Of a stretch of DNA of 64,000 nucleotides, positions 12,482 through 30,000 are shown one piece after another. Source of the stretch: Chlorokybus atmophyticus (lineage: Eukaryota > Plantae > Mesostigma and Chlorokybus algae); assembly GCA_009103225.1 (NCBI GenBank), contig RHPI01000026.1, positions 305,210-369,209 on the forward strand, written 5' to 3'. The translations under genes and the position numbers were made by a program. A model generated the notes under the pieces. The model was not told the origin of the DNA and did not search any database. It saw nothing but the letters and a program-made list of their open reading frames with translations. Within the stretch, counting starts at the first letter, position 1; each line of letters opens with the position of its first letter.

Positions 12482-13023
12482 CAGTTAACTTCAGAAGCAC
12501 AGCCGCAGCGCATTGGGCAATCCAAGTTTTCTGTTGCTGCGGTCGCTCAGGCTGCACAGGAAGTAGCCTCGTTGTTGTTTTACGCTGCCTGTAAGTTCGA
12601 TCGTACGCGTACAGCATATCTTGTCCACTACTGTACATAAAACGAAGACAGTATTGTATTAGCAGGCAAGGCTATCACTTACACATGACAGGTTGCCCAC
12701 CTACAAGTGACATCAGTGACATCACAGCGCAACCATGCGGATGCATTTGATGCAACCTGCACAACGTATCCAATGGAACCATGTGCCCCAACTATCAACG
12801 CATGACGTCGTGCAAGATAACAACAGTGCGTATATTCAGCAAAGCATCGCACTCGCATTAAAAGGCTTTGAGAGTGTTGATGAAAACTTTGCTTACAGCA
12901 AGATTGCTGTTACCCAAAGCGCAGCACTCGCACACAACAAACCGAGGGTGTGTCCAGCAGTGAGGAGCAGACAACTGATCCATCAGCTAAGTTAACATGG
13001 ATGTGTCTCGCACTGGTCCTGTG

Positions 13024-15526
13024 TCACCTTCGCTTGTATATGCAGGGCTTCAATGCTGGCCAGACAGGACAGGCTGGGGCATGCGCCTGTTATGAACACA
13101 ACATCAAGAGACGGTTGCGCTATTTGCGCTAACATAGGCCACTCTCGCCTTACCTGCTTTTTCTTGCGCAGCACAAAGAGGATGAACATCTTGTTTGTTG
13201 CGTCCTGTATGAAGGTCAATACCCACACCCGGTAGCCAAACGACATAATGCACAGGCAGTCTGACATGGTGTAGCAGCTCAAGGCTCACCTCACTAATTA
13301 GTTCGAAGTTGAGAGCCCCCAAGGCTTTCAAAAACTGCTCTTTGCAGTTGTCGCCCTCAAATCTGCTTCGGACCTCTGCCACCAGCAGCCAACCTCTGCA
13401 GCAGTCAAGACCTCGCGTTGGGATGGACTGGATAGCTAGCAAGATGATATGACACAACACAACACCACAAGTTCAGCGCACTGCGAGATTGTTACCAACC
13501 TTGGCTTTAGCACGCGGTGAGCCTCCTGCAGGAAAGTGCCATAATCTGTGCCCATCAAGGATAGGCAGAACACAGCCACGTCTACCGCCGATGGCTGTAG
13601 GGGAGTCTGCATCACACATGTTGACTTCAGTCGCACACTGCTGTGGCTGAGCAGACAACCGACCCCAGACACACGACGCTTACGTCTGCAATGTTGCATG
13701 CGGTCACTGCAGGATTGTATGCAACCAGATCCATAGAATACACTTTGTTTGGAGCACTGGCAGCCAGCTTGGCCTCGCCTAGTAACAATGCGAGTGAGCA
13801 TAATACACCACGTTTGCACCACAAGCAAGTAGTTGCCCAGCAGTGATTCCCTGCACATACCACAGCCAAAGTCGCCAATAACCAGCGAAGCAGGCTTCTG
13901 CTTCACCCACTGAATAATGACGTCCAATGGGTTCACCGGCCAGGAGTTGACTTGTTGCTGATAACCGTCATGGTACTGACGGCCCAAAACTATGTTAACT
14001 CTTTTATTGAGACGAGCCAAGAGTGCTAGAGATATCCAGAGGCACACAAGCCACAGGTGAAGTGTACAAACAGCAAGGCACATGAAGCGACAATGTGACT
14101 TGCCTGAGCAAACTGCGAAGGATCCTCTTTAAACGCTTGTAGTGCATCCTCTCCACTGTAGAAAAGTAAACATATTGGTACTCAGTAACACCCAAGAGCA
14201 GCGCGTTCCAACATGCAGTTTACGAGGCAAGAATACCACATGTTGTCAACGCATGTAGTGTATCCTGCCCAACAGATGGACTACATGTGTTGTGCGCACG
14301 CGGTCGCACATGCGCGCGACACATGTAGTGTCTTGCTTTCACGCGCGCGCCAACATGCAGTTGCATTGTGCAATTGCTTCCCGGTGCCGATTGCCGCATG
14401 CACGGGTGAAAACTAATAGCGTGCCAAATAAAAGTTGTAAACACGCACCTGCGTGTGTACAACAACTCATTCAGCCACCGAAACTGCCCTCCACTGAGCT
14501 TTGCGCGCATCTATCCAGTGATAGAAGGTTAGACACGACAGCAATCAACGAGAAGCTGCCAAGCTGCTGGCCACGCGATGTGCACCTTGTCGAGAAGTGT
14601 TGTCTTCTGGCTTTTGCTTGACCCTTTTGCCTTGCTCGGCAGGGATGTTCCAGCAGGCAGCGGCTCATCCTCCGTCTCCGCCACTGCATGCGACCGCTGA
14701 AGGTTTTACCAATGTGAGCCGTTTGCTTGCATGCTGTAATGCTGTGGCGCTACTGCTTGGTTGCAAACACGTGAAGCAACGAAGCTTACCGTTGGCATCC
14801 GTCTGGGGTGCCACGACCGCTGTAGCTGTCCTCATGGCTGCGCGCTGGCGCTGCAATCTTCGCCGTTGGCTCTTGCGAACCCTTGCACCAAGCTGCTCCT
14901 CCACACTTCTTTCCTTGTCACTGGTGCTAACTTTTGCTTGCACCTGACGACACTTCCACTTCGGCACACAACTTGCCCAGCATTCAATTACAATGCAGCG
15001 AATTCCACGCATATGGAATGGAACATGTCATGCAATTACACGCATGCATGCCAGTCTGTGCGTGATGGCATGCATGCTCACAGAAAAGCACAATGCTGCA
15101 ATGGTGGCTCTGCATGCAGACGCGCACCGAAGGAGCAGGTTCATTTTTGTGAGCTGCATGCTTCACATCCTTCTTGCGCTGCTTCCCCTTTCCTTTGGCT
15201 GTGCTCTCATTGCTGGTGCCCATACCGTCCGCGGCAGGCGGAGCCTCGGTTTCTCTGCCCTTTTGCTTGCGCCTTTTGCTCTTGCCAGAGCTTGGGACGA
15301 CGTCGTCAAGCACGCCGTTGACCTCAACCTCAACCTCAACCTCAACTTCGCCCTTATCCTTGCCGTTGGCATTCTGCAGATTGTCAGTTTGCTTCCGCTT
15401 CCGCTTCTGCCTCGGCTTTGGTGACAGTAGCTCCTGCTGAAACGCACGCTGATCCATCGACGGCCAGACTCCCTCGCCACCCGCAGCTCCTCCCTCAAAA
15501 GGCGGCACTTCCAGCATCAGCGACAT
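13024..15526 (-). CDS. RRP8: rRNA-processing protein 8 (SAM-dependent rRNA m1A methyltransferase)
   Basis: LRAKLSGGQFRWLNELLYT; YHDGYQQQVNSWPVNPLDVII; VIGDFGCG; VYSMDLVA..VTACNIA; VDVAVFCLSLMGTDY..FLQEAHRVLKP; LLVAEVRSRF; NKMFILF; terminal LKPCIYKRR with TGA at 13024-13026. Lys-rich N-terminus. Confidence 0.95.
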
Positions 15527-16284
15527 GCTGCCCGACCACACCACCACCAGCGCCGCCGCCGCCTCCGCCGCCGCTTGAATTAGGGTCTAATCGCCACCGA
15601 ACCAGTTTGCAGTATCGCGCTTCAATCTGGAACCTTGATCCAGATCACTGAAAAAGGATCTCACGCCTGTTCGGTTTATCGCGTTGAGGGTATCGCATCG
15701 CCGAAGATATTTCTGGCCGGTCGCAAGCAGGAACGAGTGACACTCGGGATATTAGCGCGCTATGCAGATCACATGCGCCTTGGATGTATAAGTTGTGCTG
15801 CAGATATCACGACCACAAAATATCTCACCGGCTCAGAGTACAAGATGTACGCAAACTCATACGCCATATCGCAAGCAGCCACCTTAGTTAGGTTACCACT
15901 TAGCTAGTTTTTGTCGCTTGACTGCGGTGTTGACTGTGCCGCATCGGCCAAAAAGTCCGAACTTATTGCTATGATGCCTATCCGAGTCATAATCATAGAT
16001 CGCTTTCATGATTGTAGCCAAATTGCAGGGCGTTCTACAGCGGCGGTGCGTTCAAAACTATGGTTGCGATCATGCAGGGAGACTGAAAGACTTGTTTGGC
16101 TGCTCAGCCACAAGCTGTTGAGCTGCTTGCCAACAAGCTTGCAGATGAGCTAGTGCATGCTAGTGGCATTGAGCCTGGCGGCGTCGACGGCGGTGGAGGT
16201 GGCGCGGTTGTCAGGCTGAGCAGTCAAGTCGTGGTGGGCGCTACAGTGTAGCTTGTGGAGTGTGGAAACTTGCAGCTTGCAGAC

Positions 16285-19200
16285 ATGGCGGTGGCGCCGT
16301 CTTTGGCATGGGCTCCGTCCGTGTTGAGGGCCTCGGCAGCGGCGTCGGCGTCTACGTCGTTTGCGACGCCCTCGTCTGCATCGTCCAGGAGAAGGGCTGC
16401 TTCGTCACAGCTTCCGTCATCATCCAAGTGGACGAGTGGTGAAGCTGGAGCTCACTCGCTGGCGGAATGCATGAGCACTGGGCGCAAGCGCAGCCCGCAT
16501 GTTCAGGGCATCACATGCTTGTCCACGCTTGAAGCGCCGTCGGCGCCCACTTCTATCAAGGACGAGGCTGTCGTCTCGAAGGATTCCAACCGTCCTCTGA
16601 GAGTGCTCGTCGCTGGTGGTGGCATTGGCGGGCTCGTGTTTGCACTTGCTGCCAAGCGCAGGTGAGCACCAAGGCCATCCAGCTTGCACTGTAGTATCTG
16701 TTATGGCGTTCCCACGCTTTGTATGCATGGGGAGGTCAACAGCTGTCAACTGCCTATCTGTCACTGCTAGTCCGTTCAGCACCCTGATGGCTTACACAGA
16801 GCTCACAGAGAGCTTGTTTAGGCAGAGTCTAATTGACAGGCGTTAGTAAGCGTGCATGGCTCATTCAAAGTGTTTTGTCTCGCAGGGGTTTCGACGTGCG
16901 GGTGTATGAAAGAGAGAGCGAAATTGTGCGCGGGGAGGGCAACAAGTACCGAGGACCCATCCAAGTACAGTCTAACGCGCTTGCTGCACTTGAAGCCATT
17001 GACCAGGACGTTGCGGAGCGAATCAAAGCCGCAGGCACCGTCACGGGAGACAGAATCAATGGTCTTGTGGACGGCCTTACCGGCAAGTGGTACTGCAAGT
17101 TTGACACATGGCATCCTGCTGTGGACAGCGGGCTGCCAGTCACACGCGTGATTTCCCGCTTCACTCTTTTGGAGATCCTCACCGAGGCTGTTGGACCCGA
17201 CTGCATTGAAGTCGGAAGGGCTGTGGTTGGGTTCAAGGAGGATGCAAGTGGCAAGCAGGTGCGTGATGACGCCTAACAGTCGACCATCACTTCTCCAACA
17301 CTTTCAGAGTTGTGAATCGCACATACTCTTGGTCTTGTTTGCAGGTCACTGCTATTTTTAACGATGGGTCGGAGGAGACAGGTGATCTTCTCGTTGGAGC
17401 AGACGGCATCTGGTCCAAGGTACAGGTGGCCTGCAAAGGCTATGCATGTTTGCGAGTCGCCTAGGTATCAGCCCAGTACAAACAGCTCTGCGCAGGTGCG
17501 CAGACAGCTGTTTGGGCACAGTGAGCCGGTCTACTCAGACTACACCTGCTACACTGGAATTGCTGACTTCCGCCCACCTGACCTTGATGCAGTCGGGTGA
17601 GCAGTCAGTGGTGTCGATTATGTAATGGTTGCGTAACACAGAAGGATGACTGACACTGCGTAGGCTACTCAATTGCCATGCTGCAGTGCCACTCTGATGG
17701 TAGACATGACTGGCGTGTTGTTTCTCTCTGTTTCTCTCTGAGCATGAGGTGCTTAACCTTTCAGTAGACCGTTATCAATACTCGGTTGCAACACAGGTAT
17801 CGTGTGTTTCTTGGCAACAAGAAGTACTTCGTGAGCAGCGATGTGGGCCACGGCAAGATGCAGTGGTACGCATTCAGCTGCGAGCCAGCTGGAGGCAAGG
17901 ACGAGCCTGACCGCAAGAAGCAGAGAATCCTGGAAATCTTTGATGGATGGTGAGTTGCATCCACCAGTGGTGGAGGCCTTCCTGTTGTCTGCATTGGTTG
18001 CTCACTTGCGATATGCATACATAAAACCGGTCGAGAGAATCTGCGCGTTTACATCACATACATCTTTCAGGTGTGCGGGTGTCACAGACCTGGTCGAAGC
18101 CACACCGGAACCAGAGATCATCCGCCGCGACATATATGACAGAGCACCCATCTTCAGCTGGTCCAAGGGACGAGTGGCTCTTCTGGGTGACTCCGCTCAT
18201 GCAATGCAGCCCAACATGGGACAGGGCGGTTGCATGGCTATTGAAGACAGCTACCAGCTGGCTTTGGACCTGTGTGAGGAGTTGGAGAAGGCCAGCGAGA
18301 AGGGTGAGTCTCTTGAAGTCAACAAGTGCGCATATCAGCCGGTACAACCAATGAGTGGTGCGCATGCTTACATGGCGCCTCGCAGGGTTAGGTGTTGACG
18401 GAATGAACATGGCATCGGTGCTGAAGCACTACGAGCGGGAGCGCATCCCGCGCGCTGGGGCCATCCACGGCATGGCGCGCATGGCTGCCATTATGGCGTC
18501 CACATACAAGGCATACCTCGGTGAAGGGCTAGGTCCCCTGAAGTTCATCCAGCAGCTGAAGATCCCGCATCCGGGCTCCTTCGGCGGTAAGGTCGCCATG
18601 GGCCTCTTCATGCAGCCCATGCTAAAGTGGGTTCTTGGCGGCAACAACTCCCACTTGCTGAGGGACAGAGCTCCACGGTGTAGCATTACAGAGCTGGTAA
18701 GTCCTTGTGAGTGATTTGCTGATGTAAAACTAGCCATAGTGGCTTACCACCTGCATGATGTGCAGTCAGCAAACAAGTTTGACGAGTTCTACAAGGACGA
18801 TGATGCGCTCGAGAAGAGTGTCCAGGCAGACTGGATTCTAACCCCGATCGTGGGCGGCTTCGACTCTGTGACGGGGCTCCCGAGCCCGCACTGCATGAAC
18901 GTGGTCTCCAGCAGGCCCTTCTTTACTCTGCCCAGGTCTGGCCAGAAGCTTGTCATTGGCAGCAGCCTGTGCGACAGCTCCAAGGATGTGGGTGCTGTCC
19001 TGGACCATGACGCTGTCTGCCCGCAACACGCGTGCATCGAGTGCTTTGACGACGCCTTCTTTGTCACTGATTTGGGCAGCAAGAAGGGCACCAAGCTAAA
19101 CAGGTAATAGCAGTATCAATGTGCTACCACTTGCATTCGGGCTGCAACATCATGCAATACACCTGCATGCATCGAGCAAGTACCAAGATTACATCAGTGG

Positions 19201-19432
19201 CATGCACTGCCTTCTGGCTTTGTTAATCTGTCATATTGACATTTGTTCATCCGTCTCGTCATAACTTACTGTTCAATGCAGGAAAAAATTGGCGCCTTTC
19301 GTGGCCATGCGCATCCATCCTGGCGATGTGCTAGAGTTTGGTGCGGTTGAGAACGCCAGCTACCGCATCAAGTTTGCCACGGAGCCGGTGATGCAGGATG
19401 CGCAACAGCCAGCATTGACATCAGCAGCTTGA
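16285..19432 (+). CDS. ZEP: Zeaxanthin epoxidase, plastid-targeted, with C-terminal FHA domain
   Basis: Ser/Ala-rich transit peptide; LRVLVAGGGIGGLVFALAAKRRG; RGEG..YRGPIQVQSNALAALEAID; GDRINGLVDG; LPVTRVISR; DLLVGADGIWSKVR; YTCYTGIADF; GRVALLGDSAHAMQPNMGQGGCMAIED; DDDALE; FVTDLGSKKGT (FHA). TGA at 19430-19432. Confidence 0.97.
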
Positions 19433-20729
19433 AGATCCAGTGTCTGTCAGTATTGTGATTTTTGGCTCAGCAATTATATACTTGCCTGGCTGCAAGTTTG
19501 CCAGACAGTTGCCTGTACATTTGTATTCTAGCAACAGACTGGGTTGCTAGTGGAAGAAACCAGTAGACATGAATAACTACAAGAGACACAGCACCCTTCG
19601 TTTAGTGTTAAGTAGCCATTGATACTTGGTTTATTGTATGCATTAATGCAGCAGGTGTTATTTGTCCACGTTCGTCCATATCAGGTGTTGCTGCTAGCAT
19701 GCAGATGGCACCCACAGGTGTGTCCTGACCTTACACTGTGCAGTACTGACGTTGGCACTGCGCAGTGCGAGTGTTAGGGTACAGGCAGAGGAGGCAGTGT
19801 GGACACAGCAGCCGAGGAGGTGGTGGAGGGGAAGACGGAGAGCAGGAGAGAGGAAGTTGCTGTTTGACGCTTGCGCCATTGCCAGCAAGCACCAACAACA
19901 GCCCGTGTGGGCAGATAATGATCACCAATTGCTTGCATGAGCGTGTACACGACTGACAAGGGTGGTTAGTAGGTAGGTAATAGGTGAAACCATGCAATTA
20001 AGTGATAACTAGCTTGGTGGTTGTATGGTTGGTGCGTGTGTATGGTGTGTTGCTGTTTCGTTGCATGTGAAACACGGCATGTGTGGTTATGCATGCTCAA
20101 ACCTTCCATTTCTTCTTTACACATACAGCGTCTTTCGCGCAGGTGATACTAAGTGTAATTGCATGTGTGCATGATTAACATGGGTGGGGTGGTAAAAATA
20201 GTTTGAAATAGGTAGATTAGGTAAGCGAGTGTAGTATCCGGTAGTAATGTATGTTTTATGATGCGTGCATGTATGCGAGCGTAGTGGATGCATGAGCATA
20301 GCAAGCATTTGCAATGCATGCTACGCATGTATGGCATTGGTTCAATACCACTACGTTTTTATACACGTACAATATCACATCTACAAGTATGGTGTGTATG
20401 TGAGATTGCAAGCTACGGGCAACATGTAACGGTCTGTGTGTGAGATCACGTGCAACATGTAATGTATAATTGAAATGAAAGTAGTGCTGGTCTTGGGTCA
20501 ATAATGAGACTCGCAGCATAATTGTTGCAAATGTAATATTGTCCATACCTTAAGATGCATCTTAATCAATAATAGGCAGAAGCTTTTTCGGTTAGCTATC
20601 ATATAACTGCATACATTTCATTGAATTGAAGAAGATGCAAACCTGAGCAGCGTGCGTGCTTCAATTGGAATCCATCGGTTGGGGATTATGCTTTATTATA
20701 TTCTGTTACATTTTATACAATGGAACATG

Positions 20730-21300
20730 ATAGCAATGCCAATGCAAACAACATCAGACTTCAAATTTTATTATCTAAAGATGTATCAGTGCTTGATTAT
20801 ATTCAGCATCATAACGTGACAAGAATAAGTAGCATGTTATTAAAATTGAGTAATTGCATGATAACTGTTGCTTGATAATATTTCATGCTTTGTCAAAGCC
20901 ATGACATTGCTTGCAGAATCATACGCATATTTGCGATTTATGGTTGTTCAAGCCCTCATAAAAATGTCGCAACAGATTCTCACCGGTATCACAATGTTAT
21001 TGCAACCGACCATGCTCTTTGACGTGTACCGGTTTCATTGAATCGCATATATCATGCGCATTTCGGTACGTTCCGAAGTCCATGTATTGGGGCTTGTACT
21101 TGGTCATTCATGATATCGCACTTCAGCTGATACATTGCAACATGCCAGCAATGCTAATGCAACCAACCAAACCTGTAAAGGTTATAAATTCAATATGTAT
21201 CAATGCTTGATTGTATTCATGGCAATAAGTCGAGACGTTACGACATGCAATGAGATTGAAGCATCATATTGATCGCTTGACAATGTTTGCATCAAAATGT
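20730..21300. repeat. Diverged ~415-bp direct repeat in an AT-rich intergenic island
   Basis: GCAATGCCAATGCAA (20733) vs GCAATGCTAATGCAA (21148); ATGTATCAGTGCTTGATTATATTCA (20781) vs ATGTATCAATGCTTGATTGTATTCA (21195). Confidence 0.7.
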
Positions 21301-21719
21301 TGGCCCAAGGCATGAGCGCTACCATTGGTGAGGTGCATACAGAGGTACAGCCAAGCGTGGCAACATCGCGGCCATACCTTGGTCGACCTGCTCACAACAC
21401 ATCGATGTAGGCCACGTCGATGTCGGTGCAGACAAGCGTGGCATCATCCTCGCCATTCGCCATTGCTCCAACTCAGTGTGTTGCCGACGTCGACGGCACA
21501 TCGAGGTCACGTGGTGCCGGGCTGCAGACGACGAAAATAGACACACGCATGTCACTTTGTGATGCGGCCCTCTGCAGTGTCTTTCACAACGAATCCCAAC
21601 CCTAACGCCTGCTTGCTTGCTAACTCACGGTTGCTGGCCATTTACTGGCAGTTGTGCGTGGTGGTGGCGGCGGCGGCGGCGGCGACGTGGCTGACCCCAG
21701 TCCTTGGGAGGGGACAGCC

Positions 21720-25269
<3,550 letters not shown>

Positions 25270-27050
25270 CGGATGCTGACATGTTGAGTTGTTGTTGGGT
25301 TGAGTTGTTGGTGGGGTTTGGGAAGGATTGGAAAAGTGTCATGTGGCTTTGTTGTTCGGTCAGGTGTGTGCTTGGGAAGGGGGGGGGGAGGGGGGGGCAA
25401 TATGGGTGGCATAGTCATCAATGCCAGAATGTGCTGTCTAGAACGTCAGGAACGTATTCTGGACAATGCGATGTACGTGTAGCAGCAGCGCTCACGCGCT
25501 GCATACACACCGCACAGCACACACGCAGCAGCGCACAGACAGCGGCACAATGTTGACACATCACTACACCATGCACGTCATCATCAGCATGAGTGCAAAC
25601 AGCACGGCACGCGCATCAGAACTGAACACGCATGACACAGCACACACAGAAGCACGGCACGCGCGCACGCACGTACGCACGCGCACACACTTCCAATACC
25701 GAGACGGAATAGGTGTAGTTAGTGTAGCAACAACACCACGACATTCATGTTTGCCACAAACAGCTATCAGAAAAGAAATAAAGAAGAAACGCAAACCATT
25801 GCATCAACTGCCCAGTCCTACATCGGGGTAGGGAGACTAAAGATAACCTGTAGTCAGTGATTGTCTTGTGCACAGGCTTACCTAAACAACACTGCGTGCG
25901 TGCGCGCACGCGCACATAAGATGTCGGGTGGGTGAGTGCAAAGGAGGAGGAGGGGTATGGAAAATGTGTTTGTTGTCCGGTGCATGAGTGCCGACATGGA
26001 TCAATCAAACCGAGATGCGCCACCAACAAGTGCGCCTGTGAACACCCTTACGCACGTGCAACCACCCACGACACAGGCAGCTGGTGGCGTGGGCGTGTGG
26101 GCGCGTGTGTGCGTGTGCGAGAACACTAGGGCAGCTATTCTGCCCCGAGAGCGCCACACATGCCCAAACACATACAGACGGACTTTCCCTGTTGGCTCCC
26201 TCCTTATACGAATACGTACCCCGTCGCCGCCATGGCTGCTGCTACTGTTACTATGCACATGGTAGTACAGCTGATGCCCCCCCTTAGCCATAGCCCTTGT
26301 GTTGTACACAGCTAGCTAGCTATAGGTGATGGTGTTGTTGAAGTCTTCGTGGAGGAGGACGCTCCTCACAACCCCTGCCCGCTCTCAGATTTGAGATGAA
26401 TAAGTACACTGTGCATGCTTCACATGCTCGCAGAGTGTTGCTTTAGGCACAGCTGATGCAGTTGTGGGACAGCATACGTCTGCACCCTTCGCCCTCCGCT
26501 CCCCTACTACTACTACTGCCTCCTTGCTTGCCTGCCTGCTTGCTTGCTGATGCGGGAGCCAGGACTTGGGTCTAACCTCCCGGCCATGTGTGCTGAGTTG
26601 ATTGCATCAGAGCCACTGGAAAGGCCTACACATCCGTATTCGGTACACAACATACTGTGTCCGGCTGCGACAGCTCAACACGACATTGTGACACAAAGTG
26701 CACTGATATCCTGCCAAGCCATCGACTGGAAGTTTTGGTTCTTTGCCTTCCAACCTTTGGTGGATTCAGTCGCCACCAAAGCAGACAGACAGGCCAGTCT
26801 GCCTGCCTCTACACTGCCAACACAATCACTGTTGCTGCTGGGGGAATCAAATACTACCTACAGTACACGTCATTGCAGTGTCGCAATCGCTGCGAGCCAC
26901 TCGTGCCAATGCAGCACCATGCTGACTATCTAAGACAGCGGTCCATCTCGCCATCAATCTCACTCTCTCACTAACCCTTGCTATACCAACCAACACAACA
27001 ATAGCAGCTGTCGAATGTTCTACTTGCATCTTTATTGTTCTCATTCTCGA

Positions 27051-30000
27051 TCAATTGAGAACCTCCCCGTGCGGTTGCAGCGTGATGAGCGCCACGGCCT
27101 CCTCCAGCTACACATCAAGCAAGCATGCAAGTCAATACCATCACAAGGAAGCATGTCGCGGGTTGGTAGTTGTGTAGGATGGGTGTGCGGTGCTCATACG
27201 TGTAGCGCTGTCAAGTTGTGCGTTGGCGTGATGTGGATACGTGATGTGACTCTGTGTGTGTGTGTGTGTGGCGCACTCTCATGATAGCGGTGAAGAATGC
27301 GGGGTCGAGCGGCCGAGGCGGGATCAGCTTCGCGTAGCCGGCTTGGCCTTGTAGTTGGTACTTCTGTTTGCGGGTCACAAGCTAGATGTCAACATTGAAT
27401 GCAACGGGTGTATCCAGTGAGACACACAATCCCCCCTCCTCACCGTCTGTCTGCAGCGCGTCCCCGGCAGCGCGAACACCACCTCCCCCGCGTTCTCCGA
27501 GCTAACGGTCAGGTGGCCCGCCAGGGAGTAGGAGGGGCCGGGGGACGTCAGCTGAGGGGTGTCCTCAGCACCCTGTTAGGAGGTTAAAAGTGACTTGTGC
27601 CCTCGGGTACCACTCTGGTTGATGTACACAACTAAACAACGTCACTCATGTACATATCACCCCAGAACTCACTTCCATATTGAGATACACCGCTGTGGCC
27701 GTCCCGACCGCCTGCGCCAGCTGCTCCTCCGGCGACTTGGCCACCGCGCTCAGCGCAGTGAAGTGCTCATGCTGGTGCTGGTGCTGTTGTTGTTGTTGTT
27801 GTTGCTGTTGATGTTGTGGCGGGTGCATTGCGAACACGGGTGGCGCCAGCGCCGAGGCTGTTACCAATGACACAACGTACACACAGGTTGGATAAATGTG
27901 ATACGCGCAAGCACACTCGGACACGCGCACATGCACACGCACGTGCATAGATTGAGTGGGACCTGCCTATGGGCATGCCGAGAGCAGGCGGAGGGTAGAA
28001 GCTGCCCATGTTGTTGTTGTTGCTGTTGTTGTGCAGGAACTGCGCGGCTGCGAGGGCCGCAGACGCGTACAGCTCATTGTCATACACCTGCAAGAAGATT
28101 GATGTCAACACAACCACATTTACACACATACATAATTGTGACACCCACCAAGAACACATACACACACCTTGGCTGCCGAGTTGTCGTACACGCGGTACGA
28201 CTCGCTGCGGTGATCCCGATGCGGCACAGACTTCCCTCCGTTATCGTGGTTACTGCTGTCCTCATCATGGTTGTTGTTGGTCTGTCTCTTCTTGTTGTTG
28301 TGGTCTTTGTTGTCACTTGTGGTTGCGAGTGCCACGCAGCACCGAAACAGCCCGGCGACGATAGTCGAGAGGACGGAGAAGAGGGCGGAGAGGATGCCGT
28401 GCTTCCACAGGAGAAAGAGGACGAAGAGGCCTGGGAGGAAAGGAGGAAAGGAGGAGAGAGGGGTGATGTGGGGAGGTTGGGATGTTGGTGATGTGTTTCA
28501 TGAGACAGGGTGTGGATGAGACATTGATGTGGTTCATGTGCGCGCCCGCATGTTTGTGCGTGCGTATGTGCGTGAGTGTGCGTGCTGATTTTTTGTGTGT
28601 GTGCCGGTTTGTGCATGCATCCTCACCGATGCCGACGCCAAAGAGTGCGAAGACGGAGCCAAGTATGGAGTGCCAGCACCCGCGCTTGACGCTGCAACCC
28701 AGCTGTGCGCGCGCGTGCACAAAGTCAGCGTAAGTGATAAGCAATGCGGACGTCGTGGCGTACACGCGTGCACGTACACGTGCCATGCTGTGTTGCGCAG
28801 GTGCACGCGTACACATATCACACATACGCGCATGTGCCCACACGAACGCGCCAGCGTGCAAGCATGCAAGTGGACGCACTTGCACACGCAAACGCACACA
28901 CTCGTGCTTCCGCACATGCTCAGGCTCGCACGCACCCACACCCACACCCACACCCACACCCACATACCCACCTGCATGAACTTGCAGTCCGAGCACGTGC
29001 CCGTGCCATTACCATTGCTCCCTTTCCCCGTCCCCGGCGTCGGATCCACGGGGTTCTGAGACAAATAGCATTAGCATCTCACACCACCATACACACCAAT
29101 CACAACGCACACGCGGACAACAACTCACCGGCGTGTTGTACGAGTAGTCCGTGGCGTTGGTCTTGAACGTCACGGGGCTCGTGTCCGTCACCACGCCGCG
29201 CGAGTCGTACAGCACAACGATGCAAGACCTGGGGTGGGGATATTGTTGTTGTTGTTGTGGTTGTTGTGGTTGTGGTGGTGGTGGTGGCAGTGGCACTTTG
29301 GTACCTGTTTGTGCCTAGGTCGTCTTCGGTGTGGACGCTCCATGTGAGGTTGGCTCTCTGGCCCGCCGCTATGGACAGAGTTTTCCCCTGTGTGTGGGTG
29401 TGTGGATGTAAACATGCGTGTGCGTGTGTGCGTTGGTAAAGAGTGGGTGGGGCGACGACGGAAGGGACATATAGTTGAGTCGCAACTGGGGACTTGATGC
29501 ATGACGTTAGACTTTCCCCTTCTCAACTCTCGGGTCAGGTAGCAATATTCAGTGACTGGCTGCTATACACTACTGCTTACCATTCATGATGCTCACACGT
29601 ATCAGCAGGAGTGCTGCAACAATGGTAGTGATACCATACCATACCATCCTGACAACCATGACAACCCTGATTGTAGTAGTACTGATATTACTGGTACTAC
29701 TGCCACTGCTGCTGCCATCAATAAAAAGAAGATACTCCACACAGTACACACTGCCTGTGCTATACCAGCAGTACTGGCAGTGTACTGACAGTACAAGTAT
29801 CACACAAAACCATTCTTCCCAACCTATTACCCAGTAGTAGGTCCCAGCCAGCCCAGTAGTACACCCCAGCCCAGCAGCACACAACATCCCCCACATCCCC
29901 CACATCCCTCTCCCTCCCCTCCCTCACCTGCACCGGCGCTATCCCCACGGAGCAGTTGACCACAGAGACGGTGTAGTCCGCATCCAAAGTTCCGGAGTTC

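Noticed and set aside
19690-19960. Short ORFs after the ZEP 3' end
   Set aside because: All are under 90 aa with no recognisable motif or consistent splice structure.
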